DNA from: an uncultured Nitrososphaeraceae archaeon
Lineage (GTDB): Archaea > Thermoproteota > Nitrososphaeria > Nitrososphaerales > Nitrososphaeraceae
DNA: 64,000 nt
Reading direction: 5' to 3'
Assembly (NCBI GenBank): GCA_963729045.1
Contig: CAVSMN010000012.1
Span: forward strand, 288,001 to 352,000
Under the pieces are notes generated by a model. It did no database searches. It was given only the letters and a program-made list of their open reading frames with translations, and was not told the DNA's origin. Of this stretch, positions 1-11,405 are shown piece after piece. Numbering within the stretch: the stretch's first letter is position 1; every line of letters begins with the position of its first letter. The translations under genes were made by a program, and so were the position numbers.

Positions 1-361
1 TACAAAGCATTCTATACCAAAGATCTCTATTAATATACCTCCCCTTCCTGTAGATTTGAAACAAAATCATGAAAAAATTGGCCTCCGAGATTTTTATGCA
101 GAGAAAAAACCTACGAATCACTACGAAAAAACTACTTTGTTCGTCTTTTATTTAACCAAATATAATAAACAACAGGAGATTAAATACGGAGAGATACTCT
201 CATGTTATGAAGAAATCAACGAAAAAAAACCAAGTATCATCGACATTGTGAAAAATTCTATAAGGTACAAAGGATGGCTTGAGCCTGGTATTGATAAATT
301 GTCAACTCGATTAACAATTTCTGGTGAGAACTTTATAAAATTTGATTTACCAAAAACATGA
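1..361 (+). CDS. Hypothetical protein, C-terminal part (frame is open from the window edge)
   Basis: The frame of ORF 56..361 has no stop back to base 2 (TKHSIPKISINIPPLPVDL...). The C-terminus (KGWLE...RLTISGENFI) looks winged-helix-like. Confidence 0.6.
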   Translation, partial: TKHSIPKISINIPPLPVDLKQNHEKIGLRDFYAEKKPTNHYEKTTLFVFYLTKYNKQQEIKYGEILSCYEEINEKKPSIIDIVKNSIRYKGWLEPGIDKLSTRLTISGENFIKFDLPKT

Positions 362-409
362 TAAGATTCTGAATTAATATCCGTATGACCATACTTTAAT
401 CGAAATATA

Positions 410-966
410 TTAAGCTCTCCACCAGTCAAAGCCTATGAATTTGATGGAATCGTCCGATAGATCAACAATTGCTAAAATGAATTGCTTTTTAACAGTGGTT
501 GCGAGCCTTCCTGCAAGTACTATATCTATGCTTGTAATATTGTCATTTTGTTTCAATACCTTTACGAGAAATGGTGCATGATCGATGCCAGGTCCATGAA
601 TATAAACAGCAAAGTCGCAACCAAATTTTATACCTGGGCTTACAATATAGCCTTTATCTCTCAAATTTTCAAATACCACATACTTGACCTCAAAGTTTAC
701 ATATTGTTTCTTACAAATTTTTAGGATTTCTTTTGGTTCAACATTTGTGGCCGAATCTTTGAAAATTTTGAGCCGATTTTTATTACAAAGATAGTATCCC
801 TCAATTGAGATCGAGTACTATCGGTGCATCAAATTCCGAATTTTTAGGTTTAGATATTCCCAATGGCTTACCAAAATATCCATCACCAAACAATGCTCGT
901 GATTCCAAAATATCATGAATGAATATTCTGTTTTCGACTAGTTGACCAGTAAAAGGTAGTTATCAA
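410..966 (-). CDS. endA: tRNA-intron (splicing) endonuclease, split by two apparent +1 indels
   Basis: The C-terminal ORF has LRDKGYIVSPGIKFGCDFAVY..GPGIDHAPF and GRLATTVKK. Upstream frames give FGDGYFGKPLGISKPK...LDL. Indels are near 803 and 952. Confidence 0.9.
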
Positions 967-1613
967 ATGCTTAAAGCTAGTATTGTAAAAGAGTTAGAAG
1001 CCTGTTGAGATTTGTCGACCATCCCTTCGATACCCTCTATAATATCCTTGAACAGAATTAAATCTTTTTGAGAAGTTATTTTATCTAGCGCTTTAATTGT
1101 CAATTCTCTGTACTTCTTATCTACATCCATCTCTATCCTTTGGACCTCGCTTGCCAATTCTATTGTATTTTCGGGTTTAATTGTAAGAGTTCTTGACATC
1201 TCATTAATTTTGAACAGAACGTCTATCATCATGTCGACCATCCCTTTCAACCCCAGTTCAAAATTTAGTTTAATGATTTTTGGCTCTATATTTGACAATC
1301 TAAAGGAGATCCCACTGATATAACCAGAAATTTCATCAATAAAATAAGCAGTTCTTAAAAGGTCTTCTCTATAGGTCATTAAACTGCCAATGGCTATTAC
1401 TTCTCTAATGATTTGTTTTCTCAGCACCATTATCTCGTTTTCAATGATAATCATCTTATTAGATGATTCTCTAATTCCATCCTCGTTATCTTGGATAATA
1501 GCATCAGTCATGATTGCTAATTCTCGAGAAAAATTCAGAATCTTATTTGTCTCTTCTTGTAGTATTGCAATTGTTTTCCTCTTTGCTTGGACCTCTAGCT
1601 CACCGCTATACAT
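963..1613 (-). CDS. DUF47/PhoU-like phosphate transport regulator family protein
   Basis: All-helical, with duplicated E..D motifs (IENE..LRK, REDLL, IEMDVDKKYR). Confidence 0.75.
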   Translation of the reverse strand: MYSGELEVQAKRKTIAILQEETNKILNFSRELAIMTDAIIQDNEDGIRESSNKMIIIENEIMVLRKQIIREVIAIGSLMTYREDLLRTAYFIDEISGYISGISFRLSNIEPKIIKLNFELGLKGMVDMMIDVLFKINEMSRTLTIKPENTIELASEVQRIEMDVDKKYRELTIKALDKITSQKDLILFKDIIEGIEGMVDKSQQASNSFTILALSI

Positions 1614-1691
1614 TTATTAGTTACAAAAGCTCGCCTGTTCATATAATTCTTTATTATAAACTATCTGAAAATTGACAGGCAGGTCAAAACT

Positions 1692-2708
1692 TTAATTGAG
1701 CTGATAATTGGTGAAGTTTTCTTTGATTTCTATGAGATCCCTTAAAATAGAACTAGCAGTTTCCATGCCTCCAGCTCCTTTTCCTATTATCGTTTGCGCT
1801 CCAGAATGTTCGGATCTAAAAGTAACAGCGTTCAAAGTCCCGTTAACACATATTGGATCATCTTTTGATATTGGAATGGGTCTAACGAAAAGACTATCCT
1901 TGTCACAATTGGCAATTAATTTTAATGATTTCCTTTCCTTCGCTGCCTTAATTATTTCTTCTTGAGTTACTTTAGTAATCCCTGTTTTGTCCACATCTTT
2001 TAACGTTACTTTGTATCCCATTATCCAGTTAGCCATTATGACTAATTTAGCTGCCGCGTCATCTCCATCAATATCCAAAGAAGGGTTAGCTTCAGCATAT
2101 CCTTTCTCCTTAGCATCTTCTAGTGCTTCACTAAAATGCAATCCATCACCCATTTTAGTTAAGATATAATTTGTTGTCCCATTCAATATTCCTGTAAAGG
2201 ATGTAATTCTATCCCCTTTTAGACAATGTTTTGCAAAATCCAGTACGGGTGTGCCCCCACCTACTGTTCCACTAAATCTTAACATAACGTTATTATATTC
2301 AGATAGTTCAACTAAAGAGGAAAAGGATAAAGCTAATGGTCCCTTATTTACAGTAATAACATTCTTTTTAGTTCTTAATCCTGAGATTACATGAGACAAC
2401 CCTGGTTCGGCTGTGGTTAAGTTGGTAGGGGTAAGTTCTAGCAAGACTTCTGCGTCAATATTTTCAATATAATTATCAGCATTAAATATTGATTCAGAAT
2501 ACTTGCTGACTTCCCCATATTTTTCCTTAACCATTAGAACTCTCTCCAAATCTAAGCCAGTTTGAGAATATGCAACTCCCTTGCTGTCTATGCATGCCAC
2601 AACCCTTGGTTTTATCCCGTAATTCTTATATAATAAGTTCGAACTAGAAATCAGTAATCTTAGAAAACTTTGGCCTACAACCCCCATTCCGCATACTATT
2701 ATTCTCAT
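1692..2708 (-). CDS. hom: Homoserine dehydrogenase
   Basis: GMGVVG Rossmann motif, VITVNKGP, TVGGGTP, GILNGTTNYIL, GYAEANPSLDIDG, GKGAGG. Confidence 0.95.
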   Translation of the reverse strand: MRIIVCGMGVVGQSFLRLLISSSNLLYKNYGIKPRVVACIDSKGVAYSQTGLDLERVLMVKEKYGEVSKYSESIFNADNYIENIDAEVLLELTPTNLTTAEPGLSHVISGLRTKKNVITVNKGPLALSFSSLVELSEYNNVMLRFSGTVGGGTPVLDFAKHCLKGDRITSFTGILNGTTNYILTKMGDGLHFSEALEDAKEKGYAEANPSLDIDGDDAAAKLVIMANWIMGYKVTLKDVDKTGITKVTQEEIIKAAKERKSLKLIANCDKDSLFVRPIPISKDDPICVNGTLNAVTFRSEHSGAQTIIGKGAGGMETASSILRDLIEIKENFTNYQLN

Positions 2709-2850
2709 TAAAATTATCCTTTTATCATTATAATTGGAGAATATAATAAAATTTGTATTAGAAAATTATCACATTAACTGGGCTAAAATCGGAATGGTAA
2801 TAAAATAAGGTCCTAATACATTAATAAATGAAATTCCAGGTCTATTAATT

Positions 2851-3855
2851 ATGACACTGTCTGTGGACGGATTTGAAAATGAAAAAGATAAAGGTAAAGA
2901 AAATCATACTCCAAGTAACTCCGAAGAGAATCACTTCGATGTTGTTATAATCGGCTCTGGACCAGCCGGATACACGGCATCTATCTATACATCCAGAGCA
3001 AAATTAAGGACCATTGTAATCTCGGGCAGTTTACCTGGTGGGCAATTGATGACCACTACAGAAGTTGAAAATTATCCAGGATTTCCAAATGGGATAAATG
3101 GACCAGATTTGATGACAAATATGCAACAACAATCAGAAAGGTTTGGAACTACTATGCTCATCGACGAAGTCACTGAGAGTGGATTTTAATTCTAGACCAT
3201 TTAAGATTTTTACCGGCTCATCCGCCTACACGTCTGATTCAGTTTTAATTAGTACCTGGTGCCACTCCTAGAAAATTGGGAATTAAAAGCGAACAAGAGT
3301 TTTCTGGAAAAGGCCTATCTTATTGTGCGACTTGTGATGGGCCATTTTTTAAGAATCAAGACATTGTAGTTGTGGGCGGCGGGGATACTGCTCTGGAAGA
3401 AGCAACGTTTTTGACCAAATTTGGTAAAACAGTTAAGAGTTGTTCATAGACGTGACAATTTACGTGCAAGTAAAATTTTGCAAGAACGTGCCTTTGAAAA
3501 CCCAAAAATCGAATTTATTTGGAATTCATCTATTATTGGTATCACAGGAGACAAGAAAGTCTCTTCCGTAGTCGTTAAGAACATGAATACCGCTGAAGAA
3601 AAAAATTTAGAGGCTGGTGGTGTTTTTGTTGCAATAGGTCATGAACCAAATACAGCTATCTTTAAGGGACAAGTGGACCTGGACGAAAAAGGGTATGTAA
3701 TAGTTCAGAATGGTACTAGGACAAACATCGATGGTGTTTTTGCAGCTGGCGATGTTCATGATTTTAAATACAGACAAGCGATAACTGCTGCTGGATTTGG
3801 CTGTATGGCTGCTCTAGACATTGAAAAATGGTTGTCTGAAAAAAATAATAAATAA
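2851..3855 (+). CDS. trxB: Thioredoxin-disulfide reductase, split by three apparent +1 indels
   Basis: [11 protein letters not shown] and [16 protein letters not shown]. An off-frame middle segment encodes YCATCDG and [12 protein letters not shown]. The C-terminus has [17 protein letters not shown]. Indels are near 3175, 3256 and 3435. Confidence 0.95.
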
Positions 3856-3920
3856 AAAATCCTCATATTTCATTTTTATACTATCGTAGCCAATAATTGT
3901 TAGATGTTATCCGATTGTTA

Positions 3921-4937
3921 CTACTGGTATGCTAGTTTTGGCAAAAATCCATTGTTATTCAAGTAATTTTCAAATTCCTCGTCTGTAAATACCGACTGTT
4001 CTTTGTACAAACTTTTGAACTTGCGACCGTCATCGGCGAATATACCCACAAAAACTTGGTCCTTGCCTGTGGTCTCTAGAGCCCGTTCCATCATGCTGGC
4101 TAAAACAGAGCCAGAAGATGGTCCAACTAACATATTTTCATTCAGCGCAATCTGCTTTACCATTCTAAATGATTTTTCGTTTGTTGCTGTATACCAATCA
4201 TCTACCACTTCTTCACGCCTCAAGAAAAGCTCTGGCTTCGCTGATTCTTCAAAGTTTCTTAACCCTTGAAGCAGATGATTTCTCTGTGCTTGAACAGCAA
4301 CTACTTGGATTTGATTGTTCTTTTCTTTTAAGAATTTTCCAGTTCCAGTAATTGTACCTCCTGTTCCAGCGCCGGTGAAAAAATGAGTTATTTTTCCATT
4401 GGTTTGTTCCCATATTTCGGGTCCGGTACTTTGAAAATGGGAAAGATAATTAGAATCATTTTCGTACTGATTTGGCATATAGTAAACATCTGGTCTTGGT
4501 TTGGAAATAGCGTATGCAAGGGCGATGCTCTGATCCGTACCAGCACCTACTCGGGGGCACAAATCATCTGAGGTCTCATGTAAAATAGCTCCTAATTTTC
4601 TAAGAATATCCTTAGTTTCTTTACTTACTTTTTCAGGAATTACAATCTCGACCTTATAACCCAAATAAGATGCGATTCCTGCTAAAGCAATGCCGGTGTT
4701 TCCTGATGTAGGTTCAATAATTATACTTTTATCTTTTCTAAGAATTTTTTTTTCTTCAGCATTTTTTATCATCCAATAGGCTGCTCTATCTTTTACTGAC
4801 CCAAAGGGATTATACCATTCAAGTTTTGCGTAGATTTTTACATTATCCGTTGAAAAGCTTTTCAATTGTACTAGTGGTGTATTTCCGATTCTATCAGTTA
4901 CATTATTAGATTCTGAATAGGTAGTCGAAGCCGTCAT
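3921..4937 (-). CDS. cysM: PLP-dependent cysteine synthase family protein (CysK/CysM or O-phosphoserine sulfhydrylase type)
   Basis: IGNTPLV, KLEWYNPFGSVKDR (PLP lysine), EPTSGNTG, NQYEN, GAGTGGT, GPSSG. Confidence 0.85.
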   Translation of the reverse strand: MTASTTYSESNNVTDRIGNTPLVQLKSFSTDNVKIYAKLEWYNPFGSVKDRAAYWMIKNAEEKKILRKDKSIIIEPTSGNTGIALAGIASYLGYKVEIVIPEKVSKETKDILRKLGAILHETSDDLCPRVGAGTDQSIALAYAISKPRPDVYYMPNQYENDSNYLSHFQSTGPEIWEQTNGKITHFFTGAGTGGTITGTGKFLKEKNNQIQVVAVQAQRNHLLQGLRNFEESAKPELFLRREEVVDDWYTATNEKSFRMVKQIALNENMLVGPSSGSVLASMMERALETTGKDQVFVGIFADDGRKFKSLYKEQSVFTDEEFENYLNNNGFLPKLAYQ

Positions 4938-4938
4938 C

Positions 4939-5196
4939 CTACTTTGCCTTTTTAATTGTAAATTCTAAATCTTTATTTGATTTGTTTAACGATAACAATT
5001 CATGACCGTTCCTGTTAACCCATCTAGAAATGTCATCCTCTGAATCTGGATCGTCAGAAACTACTTTTAATAAATCACCTTTGGTCATACGTTCAATTTC
5101 AATTTTAGTTCTAAAAACTGGTTCAGGGCAATAAAGGCCCCTTACGTCAATAGTTTTCATACTAGACTTTATGTTATCGTCAGGATTAGAAGACAT
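4939..5196 (-). CDS. tusA: TusA/SirA family sulfur carrier protein
   Basis: IDVRGLYCPEP and VVSDDP..DI motifs. It ends 1 nt before the cysM start. Confidence 0.9.
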   Translation of the reverse strand: MSSNPDDNIKSSMKTIDVRGLYCPEPVFRTKIEIERMTKGDLLKVVSDDPDSEDDISRWVNRNGHELLSLNKSNKDLEFTIKKAK

Positions 5197-5466
5197 AGTT
5201 AAATAAAGGCATTTTAACTTAATTAAATGTTTTTGCGAAATATACTAGGGATTATTTATTGATTTCAGTCTCTAATAGACCTAAAAATCTCTTAATTATA
5301 CTAAACGAGAAAGTGAATTTTTGATGACGGTTGTAAGTGAATATTTAATTCCCGTTAATTGACTAACCTCCTAAGTAAAATAGCAAACATAAAGTCATAA
5401 TAACGAAAGATCGAAATAAATAGACTATTCTCTTCAATATCTTAATATTATGTATGGACAAGGAGA

Positions 5467-6123
5467 ATGATTTGTGTTATGCTTGCTATATTTGACGTAG
5501 AGGGCGTATTGTTAAACGCAGAATATCTACCAGTTTTGGCAAATTTAATTGGTCCAGAAAAAGAAAAGGAAATTTGGGATATAACTAACAAAGGTATCCG
5601 CGGGGAAATTAATTGGGAGGAGGGATTAATAGAAAGGGTCCATGCATTAAGAGGCATAGGTTATGATCAAGCATCCAAGATAGCGCAGAATTTGGAGATA
5701 ATGCCAGGAGCAAGAGAATTGTGTTCTTTCTTAAAGGGGCTGGGTTGGAAGTTAGTGGCCGTTTCGGGAGGGTTTAACATCATAACTGATAGACTATACT
5801 CAGAACTAAATATCGATAAAATATTTTCTAACGACCTTATCTTTAAAGACAACAAACTTTTGGACGTTACCATAAGAGTTACCTCAGATAAATCTGCAGC
5901 AGTAAGATCATATGTTGAAGAGAATGGCTTTTCGAGGGACGAGATAGTAGTCGTCGTGGATGGCGCTAATGATTTGAAGTTGTTTGATTTATCTTCTTTT
6001 ACGGTAGGATTTTGTGCAGTGAAAGTAGTTCGTGACAAATCAGATATAGTTATTGACAAAAAGGATTTGTCTCTGTTAATCCCTATAATAAAAGAGAAAT
6101 TCAAAATTAAGATTAATTCATAA
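5467..6123 (+). CDS. serB: Phosphoserine phosphatase (HAD family)
   Basis: FDVEGVL, ITNKGIRGEINWEEGL..RV, MPGAREL, VSGGF, DGANDL. The start may be the ATG at 5479. Confidence 0.85.
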   Translation: MICVMLAIFDVEGVLLNAEYLPVLANLIGPEKEKEIWDITNKGIRGEINWEEGLIERVHALRGIGYDQASKIAQNLEIMPGARELCSFLKGLGWKLVAVSGGFNIITDRLYSELNIDKIFSNDLIFKDNKLLDVTIRVTSDKSAAVRSYVEENGFSRDEIVVVVDGANDLKLFDLSSFTVGFCAVKVVRDKSDIVIDKKDLSLLIPIIKEKFKIKINS

Positions 6124-6148
6124 CAGGAAAAGAATATGTGATTCTTTT

Positions 6149-6946
6149 TTGATTTCTATCATTCCAATACGGATTAATAAAAATATTGAACCCCACGATG
6201 ACGTGTCAAAGGTAATTCTTGAATCATTACAATTGGACAATGTGCAGATCTGTGATAATGACATAATCGTGGTGGCTCAAAAAATCGTATCAAAATCAGA
6301 GAATAGATTGCGAGATTTAAGGAACATTATTCCTTCTCCAAAATCAATTCGATTAGCTAATTTTCACTATAAAGATCCACGATTGATTGAATTGATTTTA
6401 AGTGAAACTACTAGGATTATACGCATCACAAAAAAACATTTGATAGTTGAGACCAAGCATGGATTTATTTGCGCTAATGCCGGAATAGATCAAAGTAATG
6501 TTTCTGAAGATTCTCAAAAAGCCCTTTTACTACCCGAGAATCCTGATATTTCTGCAAGAAACTTGAGGAAATCATTTTATAATATTTCTGGAAAAAAAGT
6601 ATCTGTAATTATAGCCGATACTTTTGGTAGACCTTTCAGAACGGGTCAAACCAATGTTGCGATCGGGATTGCTGGCATTATCCCTTTAAAAAGTTACATC
6701 GGAATGAAGGATGAATATGGAAAAAAATTATTGGTAACAGAAATTGCCATAGCGGACGAACTTGCGGCAGCCGCTGAACTTGTAATGGGTAAGACTTTAA
6801 AGATTCCTGTGGCAATTATACGTGGCTATAAATATGAAACACTTTCATTAGAGGAAGACCACGAATTTAGCATAAAGGCACTGTTGCGCAGTGAACATGA
6901 CGATTTATTTAGAAACCCTGATAATATGATACATTATTCTGATTGA
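6149..6946 (+). CDS. cofE: Coenzyme F420-0:L-glutamate ligase
   Basis: VVAQKIVSKSE, CANAGIDQSN, DTFGRPFR.GQ, ADELAAAAELVMGK. Confidence 0.93.
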   Translation: MISIIPIRINKNIEPHDDVSKVILESLQLDNVQICDNDIIVVAQKIVSKSENRLRDLRNIIPSPKSIRLANFHYKDPRLIELILSETTRIIRITKKHLIVETKHGFICANAGIDQSNVSEDSQKALLLPENPDISARNLRKSFYNISGKKVSVIIADTFGRPFRTGQTNVAIGIAGIIPLKSYIGMKDEYGKKLLVTEIAIADELAAAAELVMGKTLKIPVAIIRGYKYETLSLEEDHEFSIKALLRSEHDDLFRNPDNMIHYSD

Positions 6947-6998
6947 ATCAATCAAAGATTGCAAAATAATTTATTTCCAATACTTTTATCTCATCCCA

Positions 6999-7939
6999 AT
7001 GGATGATATTGTTGAAGGCATATTAAATAAAAATAAAAGAATTATTGCACAATCCATTTCAAAGATAGATGACGAGGACCCATTATCCCATGAAATATTA
7101 AGAAAAATTTATCCAAATACCGGAAAAGCTGTCACAATCGGATTTACAGGTCCTGCTGGTGCAGGGAAAGAGTACCTCTTATCGGAAAACTGATTTCTTA
7201 TTTCAAGAATTTTGGTTTCAAAATTTCTATATTGGCAGTAGACCCTACAAGTTCTATTTCGGGGGGTGCTATTCTTGGTGATAGAGTCCGAATGCCTACA
7301 ACCATGGACGATGACGATATTTTCATGAGGAGTTTGGGTTCAAGGGGAGCATCTGGTGGCATCTCTAAATCACTGAGAAATATAATCCGAATTTTAGATG
7401 CAGCTGGGTATGACCTAATAATAGTAGAAAGTGTTGGTGCTGGCCAGTTAGAAATCGAAATTTCAAAGGTTGTAAATTTAACGGTTGTAATTTTCAATCC
7501 CAACACCGGCGATAATGTCCAAGCGGTTAAAGCAGGATTAACTGAGATTGGAGACGTATACATCGTGAATAAATCTGATATAGAAGGCTCTAATACTCTG
7601 TATCTAACACTCCTAGATCTCATAGGCGAGTTACCTAGAAAACCATTAATTTTTAAAGTATCGGCTCATTCTGGGGAAGGACTAGATGTATTATCAAAAA
7701 AATTAAGAGATTTAATTATTACTGATGATTGGATTTCAAAAAAGAAGAAGAAGGAAAGAGAAGATTTGAAAACAGAGCTCAAATTGATGGTTTTAGATGA
7801 AGTGAGAGAAAAGTCTTTGCAAGTGTTGAACTCAAAAAACATGGAGATAAACAAGTTAGTCGACTCTATGTTAGACAAATCAAAGGATCCATATACAGCA
7901 GCAGAAGAATTATCTTTATTAGTATTTTCCAGTAAATGA
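6999..7939 (+). CDS. meaB: Methylmalonyl-CoA mutase-associated GTPase, frameshifted near 7170
   Basis: GFTGPAGAGK P-loop, AVDPTS..SGGAILGDRVRM, ESVGAGQ, NKSD. Confidence 0.93.
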
Positions 7940-7945
7940 TCTGGT

Positions 7946-9531
7946 ATGAGCGAAGACAAAAATTCGATCAAGACCGATTCTAATATTCCGGTAAAAAAGT
8001 ATTATACGCCGGCGATATCAAGAAAGAAAATGAATCTGACCCCGGTACTTATCCATATCTGAGAGGAATTTACCCTACCATGTATAGGGAACGTCATTGG
8101 ACAATGAGACAGTATAGTGGATTTGGTAGTGCAGAGGAGACAAATAACAGATTCAAGTTTCTTTTAGGTCATGGTCAGACAGGTTTGTCTCTGGCCTTTG
8201 ATTTACCTACTCAAACAGGGAGAGATTCGGATAATCCTCAATCGGAGGGCGAGGTAGGTAGAACAGGAGTAGCGATAAGTTCAATAGATGACATGTTAAC
8301 TTGTTTTAAAGATATTCCGCTTGATAAAGTAAGCACCTCTATGACCATTAATTCCACTGCCGCAACGCTGCTTTCATTGTACATTACAGTTGCAGAATCA
8401 CAAGGTGTATCGCCCTCCCAAATTAGAGGAACCACTCAGAACGATATCTTAAAAGAATATCATTCGAGAAATACATACATCTATCCCCCCCGACCATCAT
8501 TAAGACTTATTGGAGACATGATACAATATTGTTCAACTGAAGTATCTCAATTTTACCCAATAAGTATCTCTGGATATCATATCCGTGAAGCAGGTTCCAA
8601 TGCAATCCAAGAACTAGCCTTCACTTTTGCAGATGCTATTGAGTACATTAATACCTGCGTGGAAAGAGGACTGGATATAGATAATTTTGCACCTAGGCTT
8701 TCTTTTTTCTTTTGTTGTACTATGGAGTTTTTAGAGGAAGTTGCTAAATTCAGAGCAGCAAGAGTAATCTATTCTAGGATCATCAAAGAAAGATATCATG
8801 CAAAAGATCCAAAATCTTCACATTTAAGATTTCATGTTCAAACTAGTGGGGAAAGTCTAACTGCACAACAAGTTGATAATAATATCATCAGAGTTACAAC
8901 TGAAGCACTGGCTGCAGTTTTAGGCGGTTGCCAGTCTTTGCATACTAATTCCAGAGATGAGGCGTTGGCTTTACCTACTGAAGAGTCTGTTAAAATTGCT
9001 CTTCGAACCCAACAGGTGCTGGCCTACGAAACGGGAGTTACGAAAACAGTTGACCCATTAGCAGGTTCATATTATGTCGAGTATTTAACTGAACAAATTA
9101 TTGATGGGGTCAATTCTTACCTTGACAGAATTGACAAGATGGGTGGAGCATTGGCAGCAATTGAACGAAACTTTTTCCAGGAAGAAATTAGAAAAAATGC
9201 ATATTCCCTAAAAAAAGAAATCGACAGTAATGAAAGAACAATAGTAGGTGTAAACAAGTTTACAGACAAAAGAGACATCGAGCCAAAATTGGCTACCGTT
9301 GACCCTCAATTGGAAATAAAACAAGTAAATAGGCTAAAGGAATTTAAAAAGTCTCGCGATAATGTTAAGGTCCAAAACCAGATCTCTTCCTTGTTGTCTG
9401 CAGCCGAAAAACAAGATGTTAATTTGATGCCATATTTAATATCCTGTGTTAAAAACAAGGTGACCCTTGGCGAAATTAACGATACATTTAAAGAGATATT
9501 CGGGACCTATGTACCAAAAATCTCCTTTTGA
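7946..9531 (+). CDS. mcmA1: Methylmalonyl-CoA mutase, large (substrate-binding) subunit; N-terminus frameshifted near 8010
   Basis: The ATG at 7946 gives TDSNIPVKKYYTP, then PGTYPYLRGIY, WTMRQYSGF, GLSLAFDLPT, GTTQNDILKEY, ISGYHIREAG and QSLHTNS. There is no B12-binding domain. Confidence 0.95.
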
Positions 9532-9542
9532 GTATTCATCTT

Positions 9543-11405
9543 TTATTCGTCTTTACTCTCATATAGTTTCAGAGAGTCTTGATTGTTACTCATAATGGTG
9601 TTGAATACTTTTCTACCGACTTCGGACTTTTTATCTATCTTTAATTTGGCTTTCTTTCCAATTTGATTGCTTATTAGTAGCTCATCTCCTAAAAATAAAT
9701 TAACCTTTTTTCCTATGTGCATTTCATCAACTAGTAAGTAAATCCTTGATCCTGATTCGGTGATACTAAATGCTACTTCATTACCAATGAGCGGAACTTT
9801 CGCTTCTACATCAATCTTGACTCCTAAGATTTTTTCTATTTCTGATATAGTTGAACCTCCTCTACCGATTATTCTGGGAATTACTTCTTTACTAACTATT
9901 ATTCTTATCTTATCATTGGAAATAATCTTGATTTCAGCTTTGGGATCAAATTTGCCTATTACTTCTCTTATCTTGGATTCTGCTAACTTATTTATCTTGT
10001 TATTTCTTTCTTTATCGGTTTTTTTATCAATATTTTTCAAAGGGATAATTATGTTTTCTTCTCCATAGGAGTAAATTTCATATTCTGTTTCCTTTGAAAA
10101 AAAGTCTCTGATCTCAACCACAGGCCTAGCAAGATCTTGTTCAACCATTCCTGCAGGGACTTTAACTGTCAAATTTAATTCATATATTTTTTCAATCTTG
10201 CCTCCGTGAATAAATATTACTGTGTCTATTACATGAGGAATCATACCTAATTCTATCTTGCCAATAAAGCGTTGAATCGCATCCAATGCTTCATTAGCAT
10301 GTATTACCCCTATCATCCCGATACCTGTAAGTCTCAGGTCTGCAAATAATTCAAAATCCTTTATCCGCCTTACTTCATCAAAGATGGTAAAGTCTGGTCT
10401 TACAAGTAATAGAAGGTCTGCAACCCTTTCATACCCGTTTTTAAAAGAACCATATTGTACCACATTCTCTGGTACCTGCAAATCTCTTGGTGATTCAAGA
10501 GTCTTGACAAGTTTATTATTTTGGACATAATGTTCTGCGATACTACTTGCAAATGTACTCTTGCCTGAACCAGGTCTCCCAGCTATCAAAATTCCCTCTG
10601 CCTCTTTTGATAGTCTATTTATTAAACTTATATCTAATTGGTATTCTTGTAAGGATAATTTCTTAATCGGTCTAACTGCAGTAATTTCTATTTTATTTGA
10701 CACGGGTGGTTGAGTGATGACAATTCTCAAATTCTTGTACATTATCACATAACATCCATCAAACGAAATTTCTATATTTGATATTTTTTTATTGTTTTCA
10801 GTAGAAAATAGGAAATTCATGATTTCATTTAAAGTTTGTTTATCCAATTTAGTGTCAGATATTTTCTCTAAGGTAAATTCTCCTGGAGTACCTTTCTTTG
10901 CTAATGGTTCTACTCCTTCTATCAAATGAACGCTCATTGATTTATCGTCAAAGTAATTTTCGATATTAAAAGATGCCGAGACTGGAGAGCGTATATGAAT
11001 GCTTGATATTCCAGTTGCGTTAGCAGCTAAATGTTGTATGTAATCAGCAGTAAATAATGTCGCATTCTCTTTTTCAGCTATTTCGGTAATAATTGCATCT
11101 ATTCTCCCATTCTTGGCTAGTTTTATGTCTTCTAAATTGGGCTTTTCCCCATAAATTCGGAGTAAGATATTATTTTCACTAGATTTTTCTCTAATCTTTC
11201 TAAGTTCTGCAAGTCCCATGAACCCGTGTTCTCTCTGCTTACATGCCTGCGACTGCAGCTCATCAATTGCAGCTCGAGGAATTATAATTTCAAAATTATC
11301 ATCAATATCTTTGTTATCAATTTCATGACTTATATGGCCATCTATTATGATACTTGTATCTAAAACAATTTTTTTCTTCAAATTGACTATGATCAGATCA
11401 ATCAC
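9543..11405 (-). CDS. PIN-domain P-loop ATPase with KH domain (PINA family)
   Basis: N-terminal PIN (VLDTSIIIDG), GRPGSGKS, ESPRDL, DEVR, IHA, and KH motif IIGRGG. Confidence 0.9.
   Translation of the reverse strand: MIDLIIVNLKKKIVLDTSIIIDGHISHEIDNKDIDDNFEIIIPRAAIDELQSQACKQREHGFMGLAELRKIREKSSENNILLRIYGEKPNLEDIKLAKNGRIDAIITEIAEKENATLFTADYIQHLAANATGISSIHIRSPVSASFNIENYFDDKSMSVHLIEGVEPLAKKGTPGEFTLEKISDTKLDKQTLNEIMNFLFSTENNKKISNIEISFDGCYVIMYKNLRIVITQPPVSNKIEITAVRPIKKLSLQEYQLDISLINRLSKEAEGILIAGRPGSGKSTFASSIAEHYVQNNKLVKTLESPRDLQVPENVVQYGSFKNGYERVADLLLLVRPDFTIFDEVRRIKDFELFADLRLTGIGMIGVIHANEALDAIQRFIGKIELGMIPHVIDTVIFIHGGKIEKIYELNLTVKVPAGMVEQDLARPVVEIRDFFSKETEYEIYSYGEENIIIPLKNIDKKTDKERNNKINKLAESKIREVIGKFDPKAEIKIISNDKIRIIVSKEVIPRIIGRGGSTISEIEKILGVKIDVEAKVPLIGNEVAFSITESGSRIYLLVDEMHIGKKVNLFLGDELLISNQIGKKAKLKIDKKSEVGRKVFNTIMSNNQDSLKLYESKDE

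Noticed and set aside
2851..9531. Programmed frameshifting in trxB, meaB and mcm
   Set aside because: There are several indels per gene at unrelated contexts, no shared slippery motif, and the same pattern window-wide. Sequencing error is simpler.
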